A DNA stretch of 64,000 nucleotides from Auanema rhodensis. Lineage: Eukaryota; Animalia; Nematoda. The stretch lies in the NCBI GenBank assembly GCA_964057225.1, contig OZ059897.1, positions 18,662,001 through 18,726,000 of the forward strand, given 5' to 3'. The notes beneath the pieces are model-generated. The model did no database searches. It was given only the letters and a program-made list of their open reading frames with translations, and was not told the DNA's origin. Every line of letters starts with the position of its first letter. Position 1 is the stretch's first letter. The position numbers and the translations under genes are program-made. Positions 37,822 through 52,900 of this stretch are shown here, in pieces.

Positions 37822-40800
37822 GTTTCCAAAAACATTTTGACAAAAATTTTTTCGAAAAATTTCAAAATAGTTTAGCGAAAAGTAGATGTTTTTAGATTCC
37901 ATTTTTCAAGGCAAAGACGATGGACAATGTTATTCAACGAAAAAATTAATTCTTCAGGGTGAAAATCGAGGATATAAGTGTGAACTTATATCAGTTGATA
38001 TCTCGGTGCATTTTTAAGCTAGCGCAAATCTGATAACACAGATCGACGCAGCTTAAAAATCCGCATCGAATGCACTATACTACATCGAGAAACGCTTAAT
38101 ACAAAAATTAGTTATAATCGTTTGAAAAATGATGCATTAGTGTATGTTGAGTTTCCATGTACACTCAACATTGCTTCCAAAAACATTTTGACAAAAATTT
38201 TTTCGAAAAAATTCAAAATAGTTTAGCAAAAAGTAGATGTTTTTAGATTCCATTTTTCAAGGCAAAGACGATGGACAATGTTATTCAACGAAAAAATTAA
38301 TTCTTCAGGGTGAAAATCGAGGATATAAGTGTGAACTTATATCAGTTGATATCTCGGTGCATTTTTAAGCTAGCGCAAATCTGATAACACAGATCGACGC
38401 AGCTTAAAAATCCGCATCGAATGCACTATACTACATCAAGAAACGCTTAATACAAAAATTAGTTATAATCGTTTGAAAAATGATGCATTAGTGTATGTTG
38501 AGTTTCCATGTACACTCAACATTGCTTCCAAAAACATTTTGACAAAAATTTTTTCGAAAAATTTCAAAATAGTTTGGCAAAAAGTAGATGTTTTTAGATT
38601 CCATTTTTCAAGGCAAAGACGATGGACAATGTTATTCAACGAAAAAATTAATTCTTCAGGGTGAAAATCGAGGATATAAGTGTGAACTTATATCAGTTGA
38701 TATCTCGGTGTATTTTTAAGCTAGCGCAAATCTGATAACACAGATCGACGCAGCTTAAAAATCCGCATCGAATGCACTATACTACATCGAGAAACGCTTA
38801 ATACAAAAATTAGTTATAATCGTTTGAAAAATGATGCATTAGTGTATGTTGAGTTTCCATGTACACTCAACATTGCTTCCAAAAACATTTTGACAAAAAT
38901 TTTTTCGAAAAATTTCAAAATAGTTTAGCAAAAAGTAGATGTTTTTAGATTCCATTTTTCAAGGCAAAGACGATGGACAATGTTATTCAACGAAAAAATT
39001 AATTCTTCAGGGTGAAAATCGAGGATATAAGTGTGAACTTATATCAGTTGATATCTCGGTGCATTTTTAAGCTAGCGCAAATCTGATAACACAGATCGAC
39101 GCAGCTTAAAAATCCGCATCGAATGCACTATACTACATCGAGAAACGCTTAATACAAAAATTAGTTATAATCGTTTGAAAAATGATGCATTAGTGTATGT
39201 TGAGTTTCCATGTACACTCAACATTGCTTCCAAAAACATTTTGACAAAAATTTTTTCGAAAAAATTCAAAATAGTTTAGCAAAAAGTAGATGTTTTTAGA
39301 TTCCATTTTTCAAGGCAAAGACGATGGACAATGTTATTCAACGAAAAAATTAATTCTTCAGGGTGAAAATCGAGGATATAAGTGTGAACTTATATCAGTT
39401 GATATCTCGGTGCATTTTTAAGCTAGCGCAAATCTGATAACACAGATCGACGCAGCTTAAAAATCCGCATCGAATGCATTATACTACATCGAGAAACGCT
39501 TAATACAAAAATTAGTTATAATCGTTTGAAAAATGATGCATTAGTGTATGTTGAGTTTCCATGTACACTCAACATTGCTTCCAAAAACATTTTGACAAAA
39601 ATTTTTTCGAAAAATTTCAAAATAGTTTGGCAAAAAGTAGATGTTTTTAGATTCCATTTTTCAAGGCAAAGACGATGGACAATGTTATTCAACGAAAAAA
39701 TTAATTCTTCAGGGTGAAAATCGAGGATATAAGTGTGAACTTATATCAGTTGATATCTCGGTGTATTTTTAAGCTAGCGCAAATCTGATAACACAGATCG
39801 ACGCAGCTTAAAAATCCGCATCGAATGCACTATACTACATCGAGAAACGCTTAATACAAAAATTAGTTATAATCGTTTGAAAAATGATGCATTAGTGTAT
39901 GTTGAGTTTCCATGTACACTCAACATTGCTTCCAAAAACATTTTGACAAAAATTTTTTCGAAAAATTTCAAAATAGTTTAGCAAAAAGTAGATGTTTTTA
40001 GATTCCATTTTTCAAGGCAAAGACGATGGACAATGTTATTCAACGAAAAAATTAATTCTTCAGGGTGAAAATCGAGGATATAAGTGTGAACTTATATCAG
40101 TTGATATCTCGGTGCATTTTTAAGCTAGCGCAAATCTGATAACACAGATCGACGCAGCTTAAAAATCCGCATCGAATGCACTATACTACATCGAGAAACG
40201 CTTAATACAAAAATTAGTTATAATCGTTTGAAAAATGATGCATTAGTGTATGTTGAGTTTCCATGTACACTCAACATTGCTTCCAAAAACATTTTGACAA
40301 AAATTTTTTCGAAAAATTTCAAAATAGTTTAGCAAAAAGTAGATGTTTTTAGATTCCATTTTTCAAGGCAAAGACGATGGACAATGTTATTCAACGAAAA
40401 AATTAATTCTTCAGGGTGAAAATCGAGGATATAAGTGTGAACTTATATCAGTTGATATCTCGGTGTATTTTTAAGCTAGCGCAAATCTGATAACACAGAT
40501 CGACGCAGCTTAAAAATCCGCATCGAATGCACTATACTACATCGAGAAACGCTTAATACAAAAATTAGTTATAATCGTTTGAAAAATGATGCATTAGTGT
40601 ATGTTGAGTTTCCATGTACACTCAACATTGCTTCCAAAAACATTTTGACAAAAATTTTTTCGAAAAATTTCAAAATAGTTTAGCAAAAAGTAGATGTTTT
40701 TAGATTCCATTTTTCAAGACAAAGACGATGGACAATGTTATTCAACGAAAAAATTAATTCTTCAGGGTGAAAATCGAGGATATAAGTGTGAACTTATATC

Positions 40801-43800
40801 AGTTGATATCTCGGTGCATTTTTAAGCTAGCGCAAATCTGATAACACAGATCGACGCAGCTTAAAAATCCGCATCGAATGCACTATACTACATCGAGAAA
40901 CGCTTAATACAAAAATTAGTTATAATCGTTTGAAAAATGATGCATTAGTGTATGTTGAGTTTCCATGTACACTCAACATTGCTTCCAAAAACATTTTGAC
41001 AAAAATTTTTTCGAAAAAATTCAAAATAGTTTAGCAAAAAGTAGATGTTTTTAGATTCCATTTTTCAAGGCAAAGACGATGGACAATGTTATTCAACGAA
41101 AAAATTAATTCTTCAGGGTGAAAATCGAGGATATAAGTGTGAACTTATATCAGTTGATATCTCGGTGCATTTTTAAGCTAGCGCAAATCTGATAACACAG
41201 ATCGACGCAGCTTAAAAATCCGCATCGAATGCACTATACTACATCGAGAAACGCTTAATACAAAAATTAGTTATAATCGTTTGAAAAATGATGCATTAGT
41301 GTATGTTGAGTTTCCATGTACACTCAACATTGCTTCCAAAAACATTTTGACAAAAATTTTTTCGAAAAATTTCAAAATAGTTTGGCAAAAAGTAGATGTT
41401 TTTAGATTCCATTTTTCAAGGCAAAGACGATGGACAATGTTATTCAACGAAAAAATTAATTCTTCAGGGTGAAAATCGAGGATATAAGTGTGAACTTATA
41501 TCAGTTGATATCTCGGTGTATTTTTAAGCTAGCGCAAATCTGATAACACAGATCGACGCAGCTTAAAAATCCGCATCGAATGCACTATACTACATCGAGA
41601 AACGCTTAATACAAAAATTAGTTATAATCGTTTGAAAAATGATGCATTAGTGTATGTTGAGTTTCCATGTACACTCAACATTGCTTCCAAAAACATTTTG
41701 ACAAAAATTTTTTCGAAAAATTTCAAAATAGTTTAGCAAAAAGTAGATGTTTTTAGATTCCATTTTTCAAGGCAAAGACGATGGACAATGTTATTCAACG
41801 AAAAAATTAATTCTTCAGGGTGAAAATCGAGGATATAAGTGTGAACTTATATCAGTTGATATCTCGGTGCATTTTTAAGCTAGCGCAAATCTGATAACAC
41901 AGATCGACGCAGCTTAAAAATCCGCATCGAATGCACTATACTACATCGAGAAACGCGTAATACAAAAATTAGTTATAATCGTTTGAAAAATGATGCATTA
42001 GTGTATGTTGAGTTTCCATGTACACTCAACATTGCTTCCAAAAACATTTTGACAAAAATTTTTTCGAAAAAATTCAAAATAGTTTAGCAAAAAGTAGATG
42101 TTTTTAGATTCCATTTTTCAAGGCAAAGACGATGGACAATGTTATTCAACGAAAAAATTAATTCTTCAGGGTGAAAATCGAGGATATAAGTGTGAACTTA
42201 TATCAGTTGATATCTCGGTGCATTTTTAAGCTAGCGCAAATCTGATAACACAGATCGACGCAGCTTAAAAATCCGCATCGAATGCACTATACTACATCGA
42301 GAAACGCTTAATACAAAAATTAGTTATAATCGTTTGAAAAATGATGCATTAGTGTATGTTGAGTTTCCATGTACACTCAACATTGCTTCCAAAAACATTT
42401 TGACAAAAATTTTTTCGAAAAATTTCAAAATAGTTTGGCAAAAAGTAGATGTTTTTAGATTCCATTTTTCAAGGCAAAGACGATGGACAATGTTATTCAA
42501 CGAAAAAATTAATTCTTCAGGGTGAAAATCGAGGATATAAGTGTGAACTTATATCAGTTGATATCTCGGTGTATTTTTAAGCTAGCGCAAATCTGATAAC
42601 ACAGATCGACGCAGCTTAAAAATCCGCATCGAATGCACTATACTACATCGAGAAACGCTTAATACAAAAATTAGTTATAATCGTTTGAAAAATGATGCAT
42701 TAGTGTATGTTGAGTTTCCATGTACACTCAACATTGCTTCCAAAAACATTTTGACAAAAATTTTTTCGAAAAATTTCAAAATAGTTTAGCAAAAAGTAGA
42801 TGTTTTTAGATTCCATTTTTCAAGGCAAAGACGATGGACAATGTTATTCAACGAAAAAATTAATTCTTCAGGGTGAAAATCGAGGATATAAGTGTGAACT
42901 TATATCAGTTGATATCTCGGTGCATTTTTAAGCTAGCGCAAATCTGATAACACAGATCGACGCAGCTTAAAAATCCGCATCGAATGCACTATACTACATC
43001 GAGAAACGCTTAATACAAAAATTAGTTATAATCGTTTGAAAAATGATGCATTAGTGTATGTTGAGTTTCCATGTACACTCAACATTGCTTCCAAAAACAT
43101 TTTGACAAAAATTTTTTCGAAAAATTTCAAAATAGTTTAGCAAAAAGTAGATGTTTTTAGATTCCATTTTTCAAGGCAAAGACGATGGACAATGTTATTC
43201 AACGAAAAAATTAATTCTTCAGGGTGAAAATCGAGGATATAAGTGTGAACTTATATCAGTTGATATCTCGGTGTATTTTTAAGCTAGCGCAAATCTGATA
43301 ACACAGATCGACGCAGCTTAAAAATCCGCATCGAATGCACTATACTACATCGAGAAACGCTTAATACAAAAATTAGTTATAATCGTTTGAAAAATGATGC
43401 ATTAGTGTATGTTGAGTTTCCATGTACACTCAACATTGCTTCCAAAAACATTTTGACAAAAATTTTTTCGAAAAATTTCAAAATAGTTTAGCAAAAAGTA
43501 GATGTTTTTAGATTCCATTTTTCAAGGCAAAGACGATGGACAAGGTTATTCAACGAAAAAATTAATTCTTCAGGGTGAAAATCGAGGATATAAGTGTGAA
43601 CTTATATCAGTTGATATCTCGGTGCATTTTTAAGCTAGCGCAAATCTGATAACACAGATCGACGCAGCTTAAAAATCCGCATCGAATGCACTATACTACA
43701 TCGAGAAACGCTTAATACAAAAATTAGTTATAGTCGTTTGAAAAATGATGCATTAGTGTATGTTGAGTTTCCATGTACACTCAACATTGCTTCCAAAAAC

Positions 43801-44139
43801 ATTTTGACAAAAATTTTTTCGAAAAATTTCAAAATAGTTTAGCAAAAAGTAGATGTTTTTAGATTCCATTTTTCAAGGCAAAGACGATGGACAATGTTAT
43901 TCAACGAAAAAATTAATTCTTCAGGGTGAAAATCGAGGATATAAGTGTGAACTTATATCAGTTGATATCTCGGTGCATTTTTAAGCTAGCGCAAATCTGA
44001 TAACACAGATCGACGCAGCTTAAAAATCCGCATCGAATGCACTATACTACATCGAGAAACGCTTAATACAAAAATTAGTTATAATCGTTTGAAAAATGAT
44101 GCATTAGTGTATGTTGAGTTTCCATGTACACTCAACATT
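37822..44139. repeat. Array domain E: homogeneous ATAGTTT + CATCGAG + CTTAATAC + TTATAATC haplotype with 3+5 (8-mer) higher-order repeat
   Basis: GTTTGGC marker monomers (the four ORFs) are spaced 1053, 1755 and 1053 bp; each is preceded by a GAAAAAATTC monomer and carries GGTGTATTT. Confidence 0.85.
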
Positions 44140-46947
44140 GCTTCCAAAAACATTTTGACAAAAATTTTTTCGAAAAATTTCAAAATAGTTTAGCAAAAAG
44201 TAGATGTTTTTAGATTCCATTTTTCAAGGCAAAGACGATGGACAATGTTATTCAACGAAAAAATCATTTCTTCAGGGTGAAAATCGAGGATATAAGTGTG
44301 AACTTATATCAGTTGATATCTCGGTGCATTTTTAAGCTAGCGCAAATCTGATAACACAGATCGACGCAGCTTGAAAATCCGCATCGAATGCACTATACTA
44401 CATTGAGAAATGCTTGATACAAAAATTAGTTATAATCGTTTGAAAAATGATGCATTAGTGTATGTTGAGTTTCCATGTACACTCAACATTGCTTCCAAAA
44501 ACATTTTGACAAAAATTTTTTCGAAAAATTTCAAAATAATTTAGCAAAAAGTAGATGTTTTTAGATTCCATTTTTCAAGGCAAAGACGATGGACAATGTT
44601 ATTCAACGAAAAAATTAATTCTTCAGGGTGAAAATCGAGGATATAAGTGTGAACTTATATCAGTTGATATCTCGGTGCATTTTTAAGCTAGCGCAAATCT
44701 GATAACACAGATCGACGCAACTTAAAAATCCGCATCGAATGCACTATACTACATTGAGAAACGCTTGATACAAAAATTAGTTATGATCGTTTGAAAAATG
44801 ATGCATTAGTGTATGTTGAGTTTCCATGTACACTCAACATTGCTTCCAAAAACATTTTGACAAAAATTTTTTCGAAAAATTTCAAAATAATTTAGCAAAA
44901 AGTAGATGTTTTTAGATTCCATTTTTCAAGGCAAAGACGATGGACAATGTTATTCAACGAAAAAATTAATTCTTCAGGGTGAAAATCGAGGATATAAGTG
45001 TGAACTTATATCAGTTGATATCTCGGTGCATTTTTAAGCTAGCGCAAATCTGATAACACAGATCGACGCAACTTAAAAATCCGCATCGAATGCACTATAC
45101 TACATTGAGAAACGCTTGATACAAAAATTAGTTATGATCGTTTGAAAAATGATGCATTAGTGTATGTTGAGTTTCCATGTACACTCAACATTGCTTCCAA
45201 AAACATTTTGACAAAAATTTTTTCGAAAAATTTCAAAATAATTTAGCAAAAAGTAGATGTTTTTAGATTCCATTTTTCAAGGCAAAGACGATGGACAATG
45301 TTATTCAACGAAAAAATTAATTCTTCAGGGTGAAAATTGAGGATATAAGTGTGAACTTATATCAGTTGATATCTCGGTGCATTTTTAAGCTAGCGCAAAT
45401 CTGATAACACAGATCGACGCAGCTTAAAAATCCGCATCGAATGCACTATACTACATTGAGAAACGCTTGATACAAAAATTAGTTATAATCGTTTGAAAAA
45501 TGATGCATTAGTGTATGTTGAGTTTCCATGTACACTCAACATTGCTTCCAAAAACATTTTGACAAAAATTTTTTCGAAAAATTTCAAAATAATTTAGCAA
45601 AAAGTAGATGTTTTTAGATTCCATTTTTCAAGGCAAAGACGATGGACAATGTTATTCAACGAAAAAATTAATTCTTCAGGGTGAAAATTGAGGATATAAG
45701 TGTGAACTTATATCAGTTGATATCTCGGTGCATTTTTAAGCTAGCGCAAATCTGATAACACAGATCGACGCAGCTTAAAAATCCGCATCGAATGCACTAT
45801 ACTACATTGAGAAACGCTTGATACAAAAATTAGTTATAATCGTTTGAAAAATGATGCATTAGTGTATGTTGAGTTTCCATGTACACTCAACATTGCTTCC
45901 AAAAACATTTTGACAAAAATTTTTTCGAAAAATTTCAAAATAATTTAGCAAAAAGTAGATGTTTTTAGATTCCATTTTTCAAGGCAAAGACGATGGACAA
46001 TGTTATTCAACGAAAAAATTAATTCTTCAGGGTGAAAATCGAGGATATAAGTATGAACTTATATCAGTTGATATCTCGGTGCATTTTTAAGCTAGCGCAA
46101 ATCTGATAACACAGATCGACGCAGCTTAAAAATCCGCATCGAATGCACTATACTACATTGAGAAACGCTTAATACAAAAATTAGTTATAATCGTTTGAAA
46201 AATGATGCATTAGTGTATGTTGAGTTTCCATGTACACTCAACATTGCTTCCAAAAACATTTTGACAAAAATTTTTTCGAAAAATTTCAAAATAATTTAGC
46301 AAAAAGTAGATGTTTTTAGATTCCATTTTTCAAGGCAAAGACGATGGACAATGTTATTCAACGAAAAAATTAATTCTTCAGGGTGAAAATTGAGGATATA
46401 AGTGTGAACTTATATCAGTTGATATCTCGGTGCATTTCTAAGCTAGCGCAAATCTGATAACACAGATCGACGCAGCTTAAAAATCCGCATCGAATGCACT
46501 ATACTACATTGAGAAACGCTTGATACAAAAATTAGTTATAATCGTTTGAAAAATGATGCATTAGTGTATGTTGAGTTTCCATGTACACTCAACATTGCTT
46601 CCAAAAACATTTTGACAAAAATTTTTTCGAAAAATTTCAAAATAATTTAGCAAAAAGTAGATGTTTTTAGATTCCATTTTTCAAGGCAAAGACGATGGAC
46701 AATGTTATTCAACGAAAAAATTAATTCTTCAGGGTGAAAATCGAGGATATAAGTGTGAACTTATATCAGTTGATATCTCGGTGCATTTTTAAGCTAGCGC
46801 AAATCTGATAACACAGATCGACGCAGCTTAAAAATCCGCATCGAATGCACTATACTACATTGAGAAACGCTTGATACAAAAATTAGTTATGATCGTTTGA
46901 AAAATGATGCATTAGTGTATGTTGAGTTTCCATGTACACTCAACATT

Positions 46948-49900
46948 GCTTCCAAAAACATTTTGACAAAAATTTTTCGAAAAATTTCAAAATAATTTAG
47001 CAAAAAGTAGATGTTTTTAGATTCCTTTTTTCAAGGCAAAGACGATGGACAATGTTATTCAACGAAAAAATCATTTCTTCAGGGTGAAAATCGAGGATAT
47101 AAGTGTGAACTTATATCAGTTGATATCTCGGTGCATTTTTAAGCTAGCGCAAATCTGATAACACAGATCGACGCAGCTTAAAAATCCGCATCGAATGCAC
47201 TATACTACATTGAGAAACGCTTAATACAAAAATTAGTTATGATCGTTTGAAAAATGATGCATTAGTGTATGTTGAGTTTCCATGTACACTCAACATTGTT
47301 TCCAAAAACATTTTGACAAAAATTTTTTCGAAAAATTTCAAAATAATTTAGCAAAAAGTAGATGTTTTTAGATTCCATTTTTCAAGGCAAAGACGATGGA
47401 CAATGTTATTCAACGAAAAAATTAATTCTTCAGGGTGAAAATCGAGGATATAAGTGTGAACTTATATCAGTTGATATCTCGGTGCATTTTTAAGCTAGCG
47501 CAAATCTGATAACACAGATCGACGCAGCTTAAAAATCCGCATCGAATGCACTATACTACATTGAGAAACGCTTAATACAAAAATTAGTTATGATCGTTTG
47601 AAAAATGATGCATTAGTGTATGTTGAGTTTCCATGTACACTCAACATTGTTTCCAAAAACATTTTGACAAAAATTTTTTCGAAAAATTTCAAAATAATTT
47701 AGCAAAAAGTAGATGTTTTTAGATTCCTTTTTTCAAGGCAAAGACGATGGACAATGTTATTCAACGAAAAAATCATTTCTTCAGGGTGAAAATCGAGGGT
47801 ATAAGTGTGAACTTATATCAGTTGATATCTCGGTGCATTTTTAAGCTAGCGCAAATCTGATAACACAGATCGACGCAGCTTAAAAATCCGCATCGAATGC
47901 ACTATACTACATTGAGAAATGCTTGATACAAAAATTAGTTATAATCGTTTGAAAAATGATGCATTAGTGTATGTTGAGTTTCCATGTACACTCAACATTG
48001 TTTCCAAAAACATTTTGACAAAAATTTTTTCGAAAAATTTCAAAATAATTTAGCAAAAAGTAGATGTTTTTAGATTCCTTTTTTCAAGGCAAAGACGATG
48101 GACAATGTTATTCAACGAAAAAATTATTTCTTCAGGGTGAAAATCGAGGATATAAGTGTGAACTTATATCAGTTGATATCTCGGTGCATTTTTAAGCTAG
48201 CGCAAATCTGATATCACAGATCGACGCAGCTTAAAAATCCGCATCGAATGCACTATACTACATTGAGAAACGCTTAATACAAAAATTAGTTATGATCGTT
48301 TGAAAAATGATGCATTAGTGTATGTTGAGTTTCCATGTACACTCAACATTGTTTCCAAAAACATTTTGACAAAAATTTTTTCGAAAAATTTCAAAATAAT
48401 TTAGCAAAAAGTAGATGTTTTTAGATTCCTTTATTCAAGGCAAAGACGATGGACAATGTTATTCAACGAAAAAATTATTTCTTCAGGGTGAAAATCGAGG
48501 ATATAAGTGTGAACTTATATCAGTTGATATCTCGGTGCATTTTTAAGCTAGCGCAAATCTGATAACACAGATCGACGCAGCTTAAAAATCCGCATCGAAT
48601 GCACTATACTACATTGAGAAACGCTTAATACAAAAATTAGTTATGATCGTTTGAAAAATGATGCATTAGTGTATGTTGAGTTTCCATGTACACTCAACAT
48701 TGTTTCCAAAAACATTTTGACAAAAATTTTTTCGAAAAATTTCAAAATAATTTAGCAAAAAGTAGATGTTTTTAGATTCCTTTTTTCAAGGCAAAGACGA
48801 TGGACAATGTTATTCAACGAAAAAATCATTTCTTCAGGGTGAAAATCGAGGATATAAGTGTGAACTTATATCAGTTGATATCTCGGTGCATTTTTAAGCT
48901 AGCGCAAATCTGATAACACAGATCGACGCAGCTTAAAAATCCGCATCGAATGCACTATACTACATTGAGAAATGCTTGATACAAAAATTAGTTATAATCG
49001 TTTGAAAAATGATGCATTAGTGTATGTTGAGTTTCCATGTACACTCAACATTGCTTCCAAAAACATTTTGACAAAAATTTTTTCGAAAAATTTCAAAATA
49101 ATTTAGCAAAAAGTAGATGTTTTTAGATTCCATTTTTCAAGGCAAAGACGATGGACAATGTTATTCAACGAAAAAATTAATTCTTCAGGGTGAAAATCGA
49201 GGATATAAGTGTGAACTTATATCAGTTGATATCTCGGTGCATTTTTAAGCTAGCGCAAATCTGATATCACAGATCGACGCAGCTTAAAAATCCGCATCGA
49301 ATGCACTATACTACATTGAGAAACGCTTAATACAAAAATCAGTTATGATCGTTTGAAAAATGATGCATTAGTGTATGTTGAGTTTCCATGTACACTCAAC
49401 ATTGTTTCCAAAAACATTTTGACAAAAATTTTTTCGAAAAATTTCAAAATAATTTAGCAAAAAGTAGATGTTTTTAGATTCCTTTTTTCAAGGCAAAGAC
49501 GATGGACAATGTTATTCAACGAAAAAATTATTTCTTCAGGGTGAAAATCGAGGATATAAGTGTGAACTTATATCAGTTGATATCTCGGTGCATTTTTAAG
49601 CTAGCGCAAATCTGATATCACAGATCGACGCAGCTTAAAAATCCGCATCGAATGCACTATACTACATTGAGAAACGCTTAATACAAAAATTAGTTATGAT
49701 CGTTTGAAAAATGATGCATTAGTGTATGTTGAGTTTCCATGTACACTCAACATTGTTTCCAAAAACATTTTGACAAAAATTTTTTCGAAAAATTTCAAAA
49801 TAATTTAGCAAAAAGTAGATGTTTTTAGATTCCTTTTTTCAAGGCAAAGACGATGGACAATGTTATTCAACGAAAAAATTATTTCTTCAGGGTGAAAATC

Positions 49901-52900
49901 GAGGATATAAGTGTGAACTTATATCAGTTGATATCTCGGTGCATTTTTAAGCTAGCGCAAATCTGATAACACAGATCGACGCAGCTTAAAAATCCGCATC
50001 GAATGCACTATACTACATTGAGAAACGCTTAATACAAAAATTAGTTATGATCGTTTGAAAAATGATGCATTAGTGTATGTTGAGTTTCCATGTACACTCA
50101 ACATTGTTTCCAAAAACATTTTGACAAAAATTTTTTCGAAAAATTTCAAAATAATTTAGCAAAAAGTAGATGTTTTTAGATTCCTTTTTTCAAGGCAAAG
50201 ACGATGGACAATGTTATTCAACGAAAAAATCATTTCTTCAGGGTGAAAATCGAGGATATAAGTGTGAACTTATATCAGTTGATATCTCGGTGCATTTTTA
50301 AGCTAGCGCAAATCTGATAACACAGATCGACGCAGCTTAAAAATCCGCATCGAATGCACTATACTACATTGAGAAATGCTTGATACAAAAATTAGTTATA
50401 ATCGTTTGAAAAATGATGCATTAGTGTATGTTGAGTTTCCATGTACACTCAACATTGCTTCCAAAAACATTTTGACAAAAATTTTTTCGAAAAATTTCAA
50501 AATAATTTAGCAAAAAGTAGATGTTTTTAGATTCCATTTTTCAAGGCAAAGACGATGGACAATGTTATTCAACGAAAAAATTAATTCTTCAGGGTGAAAA
50601 TCGAGGATATAAGTGTGAACTTATATCAGTTGATATCTCGGTGCATTTTTAAGCTAGCGCAAATCTGATATCACAGATCGACGCAGCTTAAAAATCCGCA
50701 TCGAATGCACTATACTACATTGAGAAACGCTTAATACAAAAATCAGTTATGATCGTTTGAAAAATGATGCATTAGTGTATGTTGAGTTTCCATGTACACT
50801 CAACATTGTTTCCAAAAACATTTTGACAAAAATTTTTTCGAAAAATTTCAAAATAATTTAGCAAAAAGTAGATGTTTTTAGATTCCTTTTTTCAAGGCAA
50901 AGACGATGGACAATGTTATTCAACGAAAAAATTATTTCTTCAGGGTGAAAATCGAGGATATAAGTGTGAACTTATATCAGTTGATATCTCGGTGCATTTT
51001 TAAGCTAGCGCAAATCTGATATCACAGATCGACGCAGCTTGAAAATCCGCATCGAATGCACTATACTACATTGAGAAACGCTTGATACAAAAATTAGTTA
51101 TGATCGTTTGAAAAATGATGCATTAGTGTATGTTGAGTTTCCATGTACACTCAACATTGCTTCCAAAAACATTTTGACAAAAATTTTTCGAAAAATTTCA
51201 AAATAATTTAGCAAAAAGTAGATGTTTTTAGATTCCATTTTTCAAGGCAAAGACGATGGACAATGTTATTCAACGAAAAAATTAATTCTTCAGGGTGAAA
51301 ATCGAGGATATAAGTGTGAACTTATATCAGTTGATATCTCGGTGCATTTTTAAGCTAGCGCAAATCTGATAACACAGATCGACGCAGCTTAAAAATCCGC
51401 ATCGAATGCACTATACTACATTGAGAAACGCTTAATACAAAAATTAGTTATGATCGTTTGAAAAATGATGCATTAGTGTATGTTGAGTTTCCATGTACAC
51501 TCAACATTGTTTCCAAAAACATTTTGACAAAAATTTTTTCGAAAAATTTCAAAATAATTTAGCAAAAAGTAGATGTTTTTAGATTCCTTTTTTCAAGGCA
51601 AAGACGATGGACAATGTTATTCAACGAAAAAATTATTTCTTCAGGGTGAAAATCGAGGATATAAGTGTGAACTTATATCAGTTGATATCTCGGTGCATTT
51701 TTAAGCTAGCGCAAATCTGATAACACAGATCGACGCAGCTTAAAAATCCGCATCGAATGCACTATACTACATTGAGAAACGCTTGATACAAAAATTAGTT
51801 ATGATCCTTTGAAAAATGATGCATTAGTGTATGTTGAGTTTCCATGTACACTCAACATTGCTTCCAAAAACATTTTGACAAAAATTTTTTCGAAAAATTT
51901 CAAAATAATTTAGCAAAAAGTAGATGTTTTTAGATTCCATTTTTCAAGGCAAAGACGATGGACAATGTTATTCAACGAAAAAATTAATTCTTCAGGGTGA
52001 AAATCGAGGATATAAGTGTGAACTTATATCAGTTGATATCTCGGTGCATTTTTAAGCTAGCGCAAATCTGATAACACAGATCGACGCAGCTTAAAAATCC
52101 GCATCGAATGCACTATACTACATTGAGAAACACTTAATACAAAAATTAGTTATGATCGTTTGAAAAATGATGCATTAGTGTATGTTGAGTTTCCATGTAC
52201 ACTCAACATTGTTTCCAAAAACATTTTGACAAAAATTTTTTCGAAAAATTTCAAAATAATTTAGCAAAAAGTAGATGTTTTTAGATTCCTTTTTTCAAGG
52301 CAAAGACGATGGACAATGTTATTCAACGAAAAAATCATTTCTTCAGGGTGAAAATCGAGGATATAAGTGTGAACTTATATCAGTTGATATCTCGGTGCAT
52401 TTTTAAGCTAGCGCAAATCTGATAACACAGATCGACGCAGCTTAAAAATCCGCATCGAATGCACTATACTACATTGAGAAATGCTTGATACAAAAATTAG
52501 TTATAATCGTTTGAAAAATGATGCATTAGTGTATGTTGAGTTTCCATGTACACTCAACATTGCTTCCAAAAACATTTTGACAAAAATTTTTTCGAAAAAT
52601 TTCAAAATAATTTAGCAAAAAGTAGATGTTTTTAGATTCCATTTTTCAAGGCAAAGACGATGGACAATGTTATTCAACGAAAAAATTAATTCTTCAGGGT
52701 GAAAATCGAGGATATAAGTGTGAACTTATATCAGTTGATATCTCGGTGCATTTTTAAGCTAGCGCAAATCTGATATCACAGATCGACGCAGCTTAAAAAT
52801 CCGCATCGAATGCACTATACTACATTGAGAAACGCTTAATACAAAAATCAGTTATGATCGTTTGAAAAATGATGCATTAGTGTATGTTGAGTTTCCATGT

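Noticed and set aside
38473-42525. Four identical 63-aa ORFs as protein-coding genes
   Set aside because: TTG start, no recognisable domain, K/F/I/N-rich composition typical of AT-rich DNA, and the same frame has a TAG in essentially all other monomers.
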